Shown here piece after piece: positions 19,609 through 28,860 of a stretch of 56,880 nucleotides of DNA (position 1 is its first letter; the number at the start of each line of letters is the position of its first letter). This stretch comes from a virus (taxonomy: Duplodnaviria; Caudoviricetes). The notes under the pieces were generated by a model. The model had not been told where the DNA came from, ran no database searches, and saw only the letters and a program-made list of their open reading frames with translations. The position numbers and the translations under genes are program-made. Where the stretch lies: IMG/VR virus record IMGVR_UViG_3300032285_002671, positions 1-56,880 of that record; one strand, written 5' to 3'.

Positions 19609-19762
19609 CGTCTAATCTAATTATATAAAGTGTTAATAATCCAAATAAGCTGAACATTGTTAATCCAAATAACTGATGCTCGTCGCTTGTAATAATAATC
19701 AATAATGCTGCTTTCAATAAAAATAATAAAATAATCAAAAACACTAATTTAATTATACTCAT
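19565..19762 (-). CDS. small membrane protein
   Basis: Two TM helices; own promoter 19784-19815. Confidence 0.6.
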   Translation of the reverse strand: MSIIKLVFLIILLFLLKAALLIIITSDEHQLFGLTMFSLFGLLTLYIIRLDDGESNKTKNVNGSN

Positions 19763-19815
19763 AATATTTAAAATTTTATAATATAATAATATGGTGAATT
19801 AATTATTACTCCAAA

Positions 19816-20085
19816 TCAATCATTTAATAATTTAATTTTCTCTAATGTGTCATCGACTTCCTGCTCAGTTAACCAACCCAATACATCCTCAGTGATTGGT
19901 GTGCTATAACAAATAATCCAATCCTCAGCGGTACCTTTAATTACTGCTAATTCCCATAAGTTTTCTTTACCACCATATGAGAAATCATGTTGTACAATTG
20001 ACGCCCCATACCCATTTGGATAAAATGCTAAATACTGAATACCGGTGTGGTGAACTGTTTTGCTTGGTAAGTTTTTAAATGACAT
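19816..20085 (-). CDS. hypothetical phage protein
   Basis: YPNGYGASIV..SYGG...WELAV; own promoter. Confidence 0.7.
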   Translation of the reverse strand: MSFKNLPSKTVHHTGIQYLAFYPNGYGASIVQHDFSYGGKENLWELAVIKGTAEDWIICYSTPITEDVLGWLTEQEVDDTLEKIKLLND

Positions 20086-20180
20086 AATTTGTTTATTTAT
20101 TAATTGTTAAATTTATAATATAAATATAAGATGAAATATAATATACTCCAAATCAGTCATTAAATTATTTTAAGTGTAAT

Positions 20181-20210
20181 GGTAACGGAGGCTCTTCATA
20201 CCCCCGTTAC
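20181..20210 (-). terminator. stem-loop after 78 aa gene
   Basis: GTAACGGGGG...CTCCGTTAC hairpin, weak U-tract. Confidence 0.45.
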
Positions 20211-20231
20211 TCATATAACACCAACCCAATT

Positions 20232-20468
20232 TTAATTTATAGTAATAAACAATTCGTTTTCAATTGTGTTCATAAAATCCCTAATTTTAATATCATCATC
20301 ACCACTAAAATCATCCTCATATGGATCTTTACCTGTTATTTCTCCTAAGCAATCCATCCATTCTTCTTCACCGGTAATGATTTCATTGTCATTATTTTCT
20401 AAATAATCTGCATCAATACCATTACGTGATAAGATGTCTAATACTTGTTCTTTAGTGAATTGTTTCAT
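20232..20468 (-). CDS. acidic hypothetical protein
   Basis: D/E-rich 78 aa ORF; own promoter. Confidence 0.7.
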   Translation of the reverse strand: MKQFTKEQVLDILSRNGIDADYLENNDNEIITGEEEWMDCLGEITGKDPYEDDFSGDDDIKIRDFMNTIENELFITIN

Positions 20469-20549
20469 GTGTTTTTTATTTATTTATTTATTTTTAAAAA
20501 ATTATTTAATATAATAATATAATGAAATATTAATTACTCCAAATCATTC

Positions 20550-20741
20550 TTAATAATTATCTTCTTCACCATTTAAAAATGATATATCAAAATCATCTAA
20601 TTTACCGTCAAATATATCTGTCAGTTTATGTATAAGAGCTTCACCTGACATTCCATCATCGTGAAAATTATCAATATACATTCCAACTAATTCTAGTTTT
20701 CTTGTGTTGTCAAATTCTTTTGTTTCAATAAAATCTACCAT
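20550..20741 (-). CDS. acidic hypothetical protein
   Basis: 63 aa; own promoter. Confidence 0.65.
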   Translation of the reverse strand: MVDFIETKEFDNTRKLELVGMYIDNFHDDGMSGEALIHKLTDIFDGKLDDFDISFLNGEEDNY

Positions 20742-20852
20742 AATGTTTATTTATTTATTTTTTGTAAAAATTTATAATATAAATATAAGATGAATTTTTT
20801 AATACTCCAAATCTTACTTTATTTATTTATTTTTTGTATATATTTTTGTATA

Positions 20853-20971
20853 TGTGAGTCAGGTGTGGGTGTGTTCAGTTTTTTCCTACCCGACACTCTT
20901 ACCATTTAACACCCACGGTATGTTTGTCCTATACTATTGGTATATTAAATAACATCCACACCCGACACACA
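20853..20971. repeat. ~20-bp imperfect inverted repeat enclosing ~75 nt
   Basis: TGTGAGTCAGGTGTGGGTGT versus reverse complement of ACATCCACACCCGACACACA (17/20). Confidence 0.6.
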
Positions 20972-21010
20972 CGTTTTAAACACATTGTGTATTATACTTG
21001 TCCCACGTTA

Positions 21011-21196
21011 TTACCCTGCACATTCCACATAATAATAATCAGTACACGCGTCCATCCAATTCATATTATATTCGTCTTTACATGCGTTTGCTTCATCCAG
21101 TGTTAAATTTTTAAATACTATTTCTGAACTAACACCCACACCACGTACATATTCTTTTGTGAATTTACGTACCACATTATATTTTACATTTTCCAT
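21011..21196 (-). CDS. hypothetical protein
   Basis: 61 aa ORF coupled to upstream gene. Confidence 0.6.
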   Translation of the reverse strand: MENVKYNVVRKFTKEYVRGVGVSSEIVFKNLTLDEANACKDEYNMNWMDACTDYYYVECAG

Positions 21197-21197
21197 A

Positions 21198-21440
21198 TTA
21201 TCTTCCCATTTTATATTTTAAATCAAACATGGGTGTAAATATCACCGGTTCTTCTATTTTCTTTTTCTCCGTCGTCTTTATCTCCGGTCTCTTTCTATCT
21301 AATAATTCCATAAACCTAAGATGTTCTCTACGTGCTTCTAATTCCTCTTTGTACTCACGTTCTGCTTGAATCATTACTCTTCTAAACATACTTAATGTTT
21401 GATCTTGTACCGTAGCACGATCTTTACCTTTTTTACCCAT
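21198..21440 (-). CDS. hypothetical protein
   Basis: 80 aa; own promoter. Confidence 0.65.
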   Translation of the reverse strand: MGKKGKDRATVQDQTLSMFRRVMIQAEREYKEELEARREHLRFMELLDRKRPEIKTTEKKKIEEPVIFTPMFDLKYKMGR

Positions 21441-21525
21441 AATGTTTATTATTTATTTAATTGTTAAATTTATAATATAATAATATAATGAATTATTTAA
21501 TTCGCCTAATCTTTCATTTTTAATT

Positions 21526-21554
21526 AAAATGGGGGAGCAACTCACACTCCCCCA
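21526..21554 (-). terminator. intrinsic terminator
   Basis: TGGGGGAG-N9-CTCCCCCA plus TTTT on minus strand. Confidence 0.7.
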
Positions 21555-21649
21555 CTAACCATCAACCCCCGTTACCCAATATTCTTTTTAACCAATTGAT
21601 CAATGATACTTTGTATATCAAAGGAGTAATATTAATTACTCCAAATCAA

Positions 21650-21940
21650 TCAATTTGTTTCTTTATTATAAAATTTAAAACGTATTCCTGGGAAATCTGT
21701 TCTTTCCATTTTTGTTGTAACTTGTTTAAACTTAAACCCTTTAGACTCCATACTCGCTATTACTCTTTTAGTATTTTGTTCCGAGATCATTTTACCCCAA
21801 TCTCGATATCCTTTTGCGAATTTTACACTTACAACATTGTCTTTACGTGGGTCTGAGAATACTACTGAGTATTTAAATTTACCCTTAGTAACTTCATTTA
21901 ATGATTTCTTAAGTTCGGTGGTTACGGCTACTTTTTTCAT
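21650..21940 (-). CDS. basic hypothetical protein
   Basis: 96 aa; own promoter. Confidence 0.65.
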   Translation of the reverse strand: MKKVAVTTELKKSLNEVTKGKFKYSVVFSDPRKDNVVSVKFAKGYRDWGKMISEQNTKRVIASMESKGFKFKQVTTKMERTDFPGIRFKFYNKETN

Positions 21941-22017
21941 ATTTATTTTATTTATTTATTAAATTTATAATATAATAATATAATGAATTATTATATACTC
22001 CAAATCTTTCATTATAA

Positions 22018-22284
22018 TTACCAATCACCCCATTGTCCACCACGATAATATTCAAGAGCGTCACTCTCATCAAATACGAACCACATTCTCATTGGACCAT
22101 CTGCCCATTCTGCACTTTTCTCAAAAGATGTTTCAGCATCAATAATATCTTGAACACTATTAATAGTAGTAGAACTTTGACTTGAACACCTATCGCAATC
22201 TGTACTTGAATAATTAACCCACACTGGTAAATTTTTCTTAATACGTTTAACGGCTTCGTTTCGTGTCTTAAAATAATAATTCAT
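22018..22284 (-). CDS. hypothetical protein
   Basis: 88 aa; own promoter. Confidence 0.65.
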   Translation of the reverse strand: MNYYFKTRNEAVKRIKKNLPVWVNYSSTDCDRCSSQSSTTINSVQDIIDAETSFEKSAEWADGPMRMWFVFDESDALEYYRGGQWGDW

Positions 22285-22320
22285 ATATTTATTAAATTTA
22301 TAATATAATAATAAAATGAA

Positions 22321-22698
22321 TTATTTATTACTCCAAATCGTTCTTAAATGAAATTTTAAATTTTCATCATTTTGGTCCTCAAGTCTAATGAAATAATTCA
22401 TATGACCATATAAAGTAACCATCAAATGACTTATACTATTACATAAACAACATAGATTCCAATTATGTTCATTTGTAAATTCCATACTATCATTTTGGAA
22501 ACCATATTCATTTCTAGCTATTATTAATGCTAATTCATTAATAAGGTTACCATCTTCTATTTCATACCCAAATTGTTCACTATCAAATACTTCATATTCA
22601 GTTAGTAATTTAGGTATAATACTTTTATAGTATTTAAAATTACATTCATCTAATACTTGTTTAAGTAATTTTGAGTTAATCTCTAACACATTATCCAT
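22321..22698 (-). CDS. hypothetical protein
   Basis: 125 aa; reads through next promoter repeat. Confidence 0.65.
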   Translation of the reverse strand: MDNVLEINSKLLKQVLDECNFKYYKSIIPKLLTEYEVFDSEQFGYEIEDGNLINELALIIARNEYGFQNDSMEFTNEHNWNLCCLCNSISHLMVTLYGHMNYFIRLEDQNDENLKFHLRTIWSNK

Positions 22699-22733
22699 AT
22701 TATTTATTAATTTATAATATAATAATAAGGTGA

Positions 22734-22949
22734 TTATTTTAAATCACCAAATCTTTCATTATAAATTTTATTACATTCTGGGCATCCACACTCTGTTAGT
22801 TCTTCAATTCTAGCCCAATTAGTGGATAGTGCTGGTGTACCACATAAATTACCTTTACCACTCTCATAAATGTGGGCTGTATTACCCCACACATTACCTT
22901 TATTACCAAAAATTGAGAATTCAGGTTTTAAATCTTTAACTGCTACCAT
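22734..22949 (-). CDS. small Zn-binding-like protein
   Basis: H..LCG..CPEC. Confidence 0.65.
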   Translation of the reverse strand: MVAVKDLKPEFSIFGNKGNVWGNTAHIYESGKGNLCGTPALSTNWARIEELTECGCPECNKIYNERFGDLK

Positions 22950-22996
22950 ATATTTATTAATTAATTTTATAATATAATAATAAAATGAAATTATAA

Positions 22997-23368
22997 TTAC
23001 GCCAAATCAATCAATATTTTTTCTGGTCCATCATAATGTTTCACACTTAATTTTATTTTATTACCAATTACATCAATAGTGTAAATATAATCTTCACCTT
23101 GGTTGGATACACTTTCTATATCACATATATAAACGTCTCCAACATCTTGTTTTAATTTGGCTATTGCTGTAGCGAAAACACACCCAGCACCATTAAAATA
23201 TTCTCCTAATTTTGGGGAACCAGATATACCATTCCCTACTCTACCATTTGAGATAATGGATTTTAAATCATCACCTAAACCACCTTTAATGTAACCGTCA
23301 TAATGTTTGTACATTGCGCCGATTGCTTTACCATTTTCTTTAAAAATTACGGATGCTCTTGTAGCCAT
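22997..23368 (-). CDS. hypothetical phage protein
   Basis: MATRA..Y.HYDGY..GLG pattern; own promoter. Confidence 0.7.
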   Translation of the reverse strand: MATRASVIFKENGKAIGAMYKHYDGYIKGGLGDDLKSIISNGRVGNGISGSPKLGEYFNGAGCVFATAIAKLKQDVGDVYICDIESVSNQGEDYIYTIDVIGNKIKLSVKHYDGPEKILIDLA

Positions 23369-23434
23369 ATGTTTATTTTATTTATTTATTAATTTTATAA
23401 TATAATAATAAGGAGTAATTTTAATTACTCCAAA

Positions 23435-23755
23435 TCAATCGTTATATGTTATAATTAATTTCATAACATCTTGAGTAAAGATATCTTTTAATTGATCATC
23501 AATTCTAGCATTTAGATCAATACCTAACTCCATATGATATTCTCTACATTTACCCCACTCTTTATAACCATTTATTTCTACTCCCATATATTTTATACCA
23601 TAAAGATCTATCCAATCATATTCATATTCTTCATCTTCAGTACGGTGAGTAATTTGTACTTCACAAATGGCTTCTATTAATGAGCCGATTTCAACTTTAA
23701 CTTCTACTGAAATTAATTGAATTTTACTTTTAATTTTAAAACGGTGTTGTACCAT
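23435..23755 (-). CDS. hypothetical protein
   Basis: 106 aa; own promoter. Confidence 0.65.
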   Translation of the reverse strand: MVQHRFKIKSKIQLISVEVKVEIGSLIEAICEVQITHRTEDEEYEYDWIDLYGIKYMGVEINGYKEWGKCREYHMELGIDLNARIDDQLKDIFTQDVMKLIITYND

Positions 23756-23839
23756 ATGTTTATTTTTTATTTATTAATTATTAAAATTTTATAATATAAT
23801 AATATAATGAATTATTAATTACTCCAAATCATTCATTTA

Positions 23840-24067
23840 TTAACTTAATACTAATACTTCTTTAGTATCTTCGTCTTCATCATTATCACCAATATCTATA
23901 ATTTTATCAGTTTGATGATAACCACTATACTTAGTTAATTCATAACCAATATTACTAATATCTCTAGCTAAAACGCTTCCCCAATAATCTTTAGATGGGT
24001 AACTAAATTTTACTTCAGTTTCAGGATCAAATCCTGATAATTCTTCAATTAACTCCTTTACTGTCAT
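23840..24067 (-). CDS. hypothetical protein
   Basis: MTVKELIEEL..DPE.EV N-terminus. Confidence 0.65.
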   Translation of the reverse strand: MTVKELIEELSGFDPETEVKFSYPSKDYWGSVLARDISNIGYELTKYSGYHQTDKIIDIGDNDEDEDTKEVLVLS

Positions 24068-24068
24068 A

Positions 24069-24236
24069 TTATTTTTTTAAATTAGAGTCTAAATATATAA
24101 TTGCTGTTTTAAGTGTTCCTTGTAAATACCCTACAATATATGCTGGGTTTTGTTCTTTTGAATCCCAAAGTCTATTTGATTCAGCTAATGCTTTTTCTAA
24201 TGCTTCTTTTAATGCATCTAATTCTAATTTATTCAT
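24069..24236 (-). CDS. 55 aa hypothetical protein
   Basis: MNKLELDALKEALEKALAES...; directly after promoter 24265-24296; below track cutoff. Confidence 0.6.
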   Translation of the reverse strand: MNKLELDALKEALEKALAESNRLWDSKEQNPAYIVGYLQGTLKTAIIYLDSNLKK

Positions 24237-24302
24237 ATATTATTTATTTATTAATTTTATAATATAATAATATAATGAATTATTAAATACCCCTAATCTT
24301 TC

Positions 24303-24365
24303 TTATTTTTTCTTTTTTAATTTCTTTTTAGCGGCTTGTAACGACGTTATCTTCTTTTTACTCAT
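24303..24365 (-). CDS. 20 aa basic micropeptide
   Basis: MSKKKITSLQAAKKKLKKKK. Confidence 0.3.
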   Translation of the reverse strand: MSKKKITSLQAAKKKLKKKK

Positions 24366-24380
24366 TCAATTTTTTCCTAC

Positions 24381-24419
24381 AAAATATGTAGGGGAGTTAC
24401 TAAACTTCACTCCCCTACA
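24381..24419 (-). terminator. intrinsic terminator
   Basis: TGTAGGGGAGT-N11-ACTCCCCTACA then TATTTT. Confidence 0.7.
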
Positions 24420-24435
24420 ATTAATAAACATATGA

Positions 24436-24672
24436 TTAAATATTACTTGGTACTTTAACTTTTGGTCTTCCACGTTGAATTGGAATACCAGCTGCTAATT
24501 TGGCTTCACGTTCAGCCATTCTTTGTTGACGCTTACTAGTTTCATTTGTTGGGCGACCTTTTCTAATCCCCTCTCCTGATTCAATTTTTAATTGACGTTC
24601 AGCAATTCTTTGTTGTCTTTTTGACCCATTTACTACTGGGCGACCTTTACGTTTTGTTTCTAAATTTTCCAT
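24436..24672 (-). CDS. AT-hook-like repeat DNA-binding protein
   Basis: Three (K/R)GRP motifs at ~27 aa period with SKRQQR.AER repeats. Confidence 0.65.
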   Translation of the reverse strand: MENLETKRKGRPVVNGSKRQQRIAERQLKIESGEGIRKGRPTNETSKRQQRMAEREAKLAAGIPIQRGRPKVKVPSNI

Positions 24673-24746
24673 TTTTATTTATTTTTTATTTATTAAATTT
24701 ATAATATAATAATATAATGAATTATTAATTACTCCAAATCAATCAA

Positions 24747-25145
24747 TTAACCAAATATAATTTCTTTATAAAATACGGTCTGTAAAATAACATCCGCTGT
24801 ATCCGCATCATCATTTTCCGTAATCATGTCTAATAAAAACTTTGTTGGGGCGGTTTGAACATTATTATGAACGTCTTCAAGTGTAATTGATTTAGTTTGC
24901 TCACTATCATCATCTTCCTCATCAACTAAAGTTAATTTACCTCCTGAACGTAAAATCTCCATTAATACATCCTCATAACAGACCATTATACCAGGTCTTT
25001 CTGTACCTAATTTAGTTTTAGCTACTTTGTAGTCGTTCTCATCACATTCAAGGACTAAACCATAACTACTAATGTAACCTAATCCATTACAAAGAGCATT
25101 ATAAAAATACTCTTCTGATTCTACTGGTGTTAATTTTATTTCCAT
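24747..25145 (-). CDS. acidic hypothetical protein
   Basis: 132 aa; own promoter. Confidence 0.65.
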   Translation of the reverse strand: MEIKLTPVESEEYFYNALCNGLGYISSYGLVLECDENDYKVAKTKLGTERPGIMVCYEDVLMEILRSGGKLTLVDEEDDDSEQTKSITLEDVHNNVQTAPTKFLLDMITENDDADTADVILQTVFYKEIIFG

Positions 25146-25200
25146 ATTTATTTATTAATTTTATAATATAATAATATAATGAATTATTAAATTCGCCAAA

Positions 25201-25485
25201 TCAATTATTAAAAACATTTTGGCCAGTTTCAGTATAATATCTCCAATACTTACGAGTTTCACCCCATACTTTACAACGCATGCGTACTCTTTTAATTTTC
25301 TTAGAATATAAAGCTCTCCTTAAAATATCAGCGTATTTCTTACTAGCTTCTTTCTTATGATCTATATAATAACCCCAAATATCTATTTGTATTTCTTTTT
25401 CAGTACGGAATGGATTATTATTTAAATAATCTACAATTTGTTGTTGATTATTTCTACTTCGTCTTTGGTTTTTAATTCTCCCCAT
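25201..25485 (-). CDS. basic hypothetical protein (possible wHTH)
   Basis: 94 aa; own promoter. Confidence 0.55.
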   Translation of the reverse strand: MGRIKNQRRSRNNQQQIVDYLNNNPFRTEKEIQIDIWGYYIDHKKEASKKYADILRRALYSKKIKRVRMRCKVWGETRKYWRYYTETGQNVFNN

Positions 25486-25546
25486 ATTTAATTATTAAAT
25501 TTATAATATAATAATAAAATGAATTATTAATTACTCCAAATCAGTC

Positions 25547-25930
25547 TTATAAATCATCTTCTTCATAATAATCATCTTCATCATCTTCATCATAATCAAC
25601 ATAAAAATATCCTTGATATGGACATGTTTCAGGTTGTTCATTAACCCATTCCCAATTTGGGTTTTCTGATAAGTTAGGTGTTATAAATGTTTTTCCTTCT
25701 TCATTAAATTCTAAATTAATACCGGCTTGTCTATCAGATCCTAAACCATTCATTTCAGCTAGTAATTCATAATAATCTTTACCACCAAATACACCATAAC
25801 CTTCATAATTGTCTTCATGCCATTTATTTCCCTTATTATCAGTCATATAAACATCAAATGTGGATCGGCCTGTGTAGTGATTGTTAATACTACGGTCTGT
25901 GTCTTGTGTAATCCAACTAAAAAATCCCAT
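25547..25930 (-). CDS. hypothetical protein with acidic tail
   Basis: MGFFSW..YEGYGVFGGKDYYEL; C-terminal D/E run. Confidence 0.7.
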   Translation of the reverse strand: MGFFSWITQDTDRSINNHYTGRSTFDVYMTDNKGNKWHEDNYEGYGVFGGKDYYELLAEMNGLGSDRQAGINLEFNEEGKTFITPNLSENPNWEWVNEQPETCPYQGYFYVDYDEDDEDDYYEEDDL

Positions 25931-25996
25931 ATTTATTTTATTTAATTATTAAAATTTTATAATATAATAATATAATGATTTATAATATACTCCAAA

Positions 25997-26224
25997 TCAT
26001 TCAATTAATATTTTAGCTGCAACCCAACATAAATCAATATGGGTTTTATGACTATCACCAGATGAGTTTTTTAAATTTAGAATAGCTCCATTCTCTCCTT
26101 CTCGGGATAAAACATCAAAACCTATTCTAAAATCTCCTTTATTAACAAAAACTGTTGATTTTAAAATATTACCTCCGTTCTTAATAAAGTCACGAGCAGG
26201 TATTTCGTATATAAATGTGTTCAT
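25997..26224 (-). CDS. hypothetical protein
   Basis: 75 aa ORF. Confidence 0.6.
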   Translation of the reverse strand: MNTFIYEIPARDFIKNGGNILKSTVFVNKGDFRIGFDVLSREGENGAILNLKNSSGDSHKTHIDLCWVAAKILIE

Positions 26225-26225
26225 A

Positions 26226-26450
26226 TTATTTTACTCTTGAGTCATAAACATTTACCATACTATCATAAAATGATTCTCTAACATCTTCCCACTTACCATC
26301 TCTACCCTCATTAATAAACATTATATTATTTTCCTTTTGTATAGTAGTATTATTACTAGGAGGAAAGAGTGAAAGTGCTATGTAACGTTTTTTCTTCTTC
26401 ATTTCTTTTAGCTTTAGAGCTATTTCCATTTCCGATAAATTATAATCCAT
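26226..26450 (-). CDS. hypothetical protein
   Basis: 74 aa; own promoter. Confidence 0.6.
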   Translation of the reverse strand: MDYNLSEMEIALKLKEMKKKKRYIALSLFPPSNNTTIQKENNIMFINEGRDGKWEDVRESFYDSMVNVYDSRVK

Positions 26451-26510
26451 ATTTATTTATTAATTTTATAATATAATAATATAATGATTTATTTAATACG
26501 CCAAATCAAT

Positions 26511-26759
26511 CTAAATAATTTCCTCATAATCATAATAATCTTCTTTTTCATTATATACCCCAATAATACTATATCCTTTTTCAATTAATGGGTTATCTAA
26601 TCCTTCTCGTTTCACCGCTTCAACTACCTCAATTCCCATAATATAATCTGGGCGATTCATTTTTTCAAAATGAGCGGGACATAATGTCATACAATTAGGT
26701 TCGTTTCCTGTAGCTTCAATTACTCGAGCAATTGCTGCTTTAATTTTTTCTATATTCAT
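26511..26759 (-). CDS. hypothetical protein
   Basis: 82 aa ORF. Confidence 0.6.
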   Translation of the reverse strand: MNIEKIKAAIARVIEATGNEPNCMTLCPAHFEKMNRPDYIMGIEVVEAVKREGLDNPLIEKGYSIIGVYNEKEDYYDYEEII

Positions 26760-26764
26760 ATTAA

Positions 26765-26971
26765 TTAAAATAAATGTTTCATTAAAGCTTCATAAACAAA
26801 ATCCCTATCATCATTTATTAGTTCAAGTTGTTCTTCAGTCATTTCTACTCCATCATAGTCAGCATTTGAAATATAAGCATCACAAAAATCTGGGTAGTCA
26901 TCATAATCAATACCATCAAACTCGATATTATCGATTTTACTATAGTCTAATTCGTTTGTCATGTTATCCAT
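26765..26971 (-). CDS. very acidic small protein
   Basis: DGIDYDDYPDFCDAYISNADYDG. Confidence 0.65.
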   Translation of the reverse strand: MDNMTNELDYSKIDNIEFDGIDYDDYPDFCDAYISNADYDGVEMTEEQLELINDDRDFVYEALMKHLF

Positions 26972-27128
26972 TTATTAAGTTAATTTCATTAGTAACATTT
27001 TTTATTTCATCTCTTATTGCTAAGAGTTCTTTGATTATTTTTTGTTCTTTTGTCCTTAATTTAACTAAACTTTTAGTTAAAGGTTCTAGTTCTTTTTCTT
27101 TTGCTGTCTTTTTTAATACTGCTTCCAT
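26964..27128 (-). CDS. 54 aa coiled-coil protein
   Basis: MEAVLKKTAKEKELEPL...; follows promoter 27154-27185; below track cutoff. Confidence 0.55.
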   Translation of the reverse strand: MEAVLKKTAKEKELEPLTKSLVKLRTKEQKIIKELLAIRDEIKNVTNEINLING

Positions 27129-27185
27129 ATATTTATTTATTAATTTTATAATATAATAATAAAATGAACTATTTAATACGCCTAA

Positions 27186-27386
27186 TCAATCATTAAAAAA
27201 TATTTTACTTTTCGCTATTAATAATCCTAGACCAGCTGCAGCGTACATACTATTTTTATCTACTAGGAATGTTTCATTTGTTTTTAAATTACGTACTTTA
27301 AATTGTGTAGAGTATATTTCAACTACTTCAAAGTTAAATCCTTGAACAGTATTGCCTACTAAATCTCCTACTTTTAAATTATCCAT
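27186..27386 (-). CDS. small SH3/KOW-like protein
   Basis: LKVGDLV..EVVEI pattern. Confidence 0.55.
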   Translation of the reverse strand: MDNLKVGDLVGNTVQGFNFEVVEIYSTQFKVRNLKTNETFLVDKNSMYAAAGLGLLIAKSKIFFND

Positions 27387-27438
27387 TTAATTAATTTTTT
27401 ATAATATAAAAATAAGGAGTAATATTAATTACTCCAAA

Positions 27439-27687
27439 TCAATCTAAATAATTTGATAAATAGTTTTTTAAATCTATAGCGTAATGTAATAATTCATTTT
27501 CAGCATCTTTATTTAATAAATTACTTTTAAGTAAACTAGTCACTGTTTGACCAATATATGTTAAAGCATTTACATTTTGTGATTCAAAGTCTCTTGACTT
27601 GAAACTAAGTTCAAATTGATCTGCTACTGACCAACCATGATCTGAGTTGATTAACTGTTTTGTTAATGTTTCTAAATTATAGTTCAT
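27439..27687 (-). CDS. hypothetical protein
   Basis: 82 aa; own promoter. Confidence 0.65.
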   Translation of the reverse strand: MNYNLETLTKQLINSDHGWSVADQFELSFKSRDFESQNVNALTYIGQTVTSLLKSNLLNKDAENELLHYAIDLKNYLSNYLD

Positions 27688-27726
27688 ATTTTATTAATTT
27701 TATAATATAATAATAAAATGAATTTA

Positions 27727-27867
27727 TTAATATCCCAAATCTTTCTTATTTTTAATTTTACGATTATATTTTTTCTTATTTTTAGAAACTGTTTGACGTG
27801 ATGCAGCCCAGATTTCTTGTATTGTTAGAGTTACTTTTTGTATCTTATTATTTTTATTTAGTTCCAT
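27727..27867 (-). CDS. 46 aa basic protein
   Basis: Start moved to MELNKN because the track N-terminus overlaps the promoter; KNKKKYNRK.K motif. Confidence 0.6.
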   Translation of the reverse strand: MELNKNNKIQKVTLTIQEIWAASRQTVSKNKKKYNRKIKNKKDLGY

Positions 27868-27923
27868 ATTATTAATTTTATGATATAAATATAAAATGAA
27901 ATTTATATAACTCCAAATCAATC

Positions 27924-27946
27924 AAAAAAGGCACGTTACCGTGCCT
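27924..27946 (-). terminator. intrinsic terminator after RadA-like gene
   Basis: AGGCACG-N4-CGTGCCT plus T-tract. Confidence 0.75.
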
Positions 27947-27981
27947 AATTTGATATAAATTAATAAATAAAACCTAGAAAA

Positions 27982-28803
27982 TTATTCTTCTTCTTCCTCG
28001 AACTCATTAACAGCTCCATACTCAATACGCATTGGACTTATTTGATAACTCATTTTTATTCCAGTGTTACCATTCCTGTTCTTAGAAAACTCCATATATG
28101 TTCCTCCACCCTCACTCTCTTTTTCTCTTCTCATTTCAATCATAGCATCAGTTAAATGTTTTAACTTATTACTACCTGCAAACTCTCCTGCTTTGGTTAC
28201 TTGTTGTATTAATAAAAACGTAGTGTATACGTTATTAGTATTTTCACCTTTATTATTTCTAACACATAAATCTACTAACCATGATTCAGCCATTTTTCTA
28301 TCCCAACCATTATCATCTCTAACTCCATCAATTACTTCGGCTATAGAATCTATTAAAATAACATCCCAACCTTGATTTATAACTTGTTCAATAACGTCTT
28401 TAGTATTATATTCTAAATAATCATTTGTAAATATAGTTTTAATAACACCAAATTGATTAAATCTTTGAGTATATTTAAACATTTGTCTACGACCCATCTC
28501 AGCACTAATAAATAAACATTTATTTCCTCTATTTGACAGTCCAGATAAAACATCTAATAATACAGTTGTTTTTCCTACTCCTGGATCACCACAACACATA
28601 ATATTACTAGATGCTGGGATTCCTTCTTCATGAGATATAAATTTATCTATGTTTTTTATCCCTGATCTCATTTGACGCATCATACGTGGGTCAATTTCTA
28701 GTGAATTTAAAGTTGTTATTTCTTTAAAATCAATAATAACTGGAGGGTAAGTAATTGAATCTAAACGTGGTCTACCACGTTTTTTAGGTGCATTTTCTAT
28801 CAT
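27982..28803 (-). CDS. RadA/Sms-like RecA-family ATPase with N-terminal AT-hook
   Basis: GDPGVGKTT, FISAE, ILIDS, QVTKAGEFAG..LKHLTD, KNRNG; KKRGRPR at N-terminus. Confidence 0.8.
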   Translation of the reverse strand: MIENAPKKRGRPRLDSITYPPVIIDFKEITTLNSLEIDPRMMRQMRSGIKNIDKFISHEEGIPASSNIMCCGDPGVGKTTVLLDVLSGLSNRGNKCLFISAEMGRRQMFKYTQRFNQFGVIKTIFTNDYLEYNTKDVIEQVINQGWDVILIDSIAEVIDGVRDDNGWDRKMAESWLVDLCVRNNKGENTNNVYTTFLLIQQVTKAGEFAGSNKLKHLTDAMIEMRREKESEGGGTYMEFSKNRNGNTGIKMSYQISPMRIEYGAVNEFEEEEE

Positions 28804-28860
28804 ATTATTTATTTTATTTATTTATTAATTTTATAATATAATAATAAGATGAATATTTTA

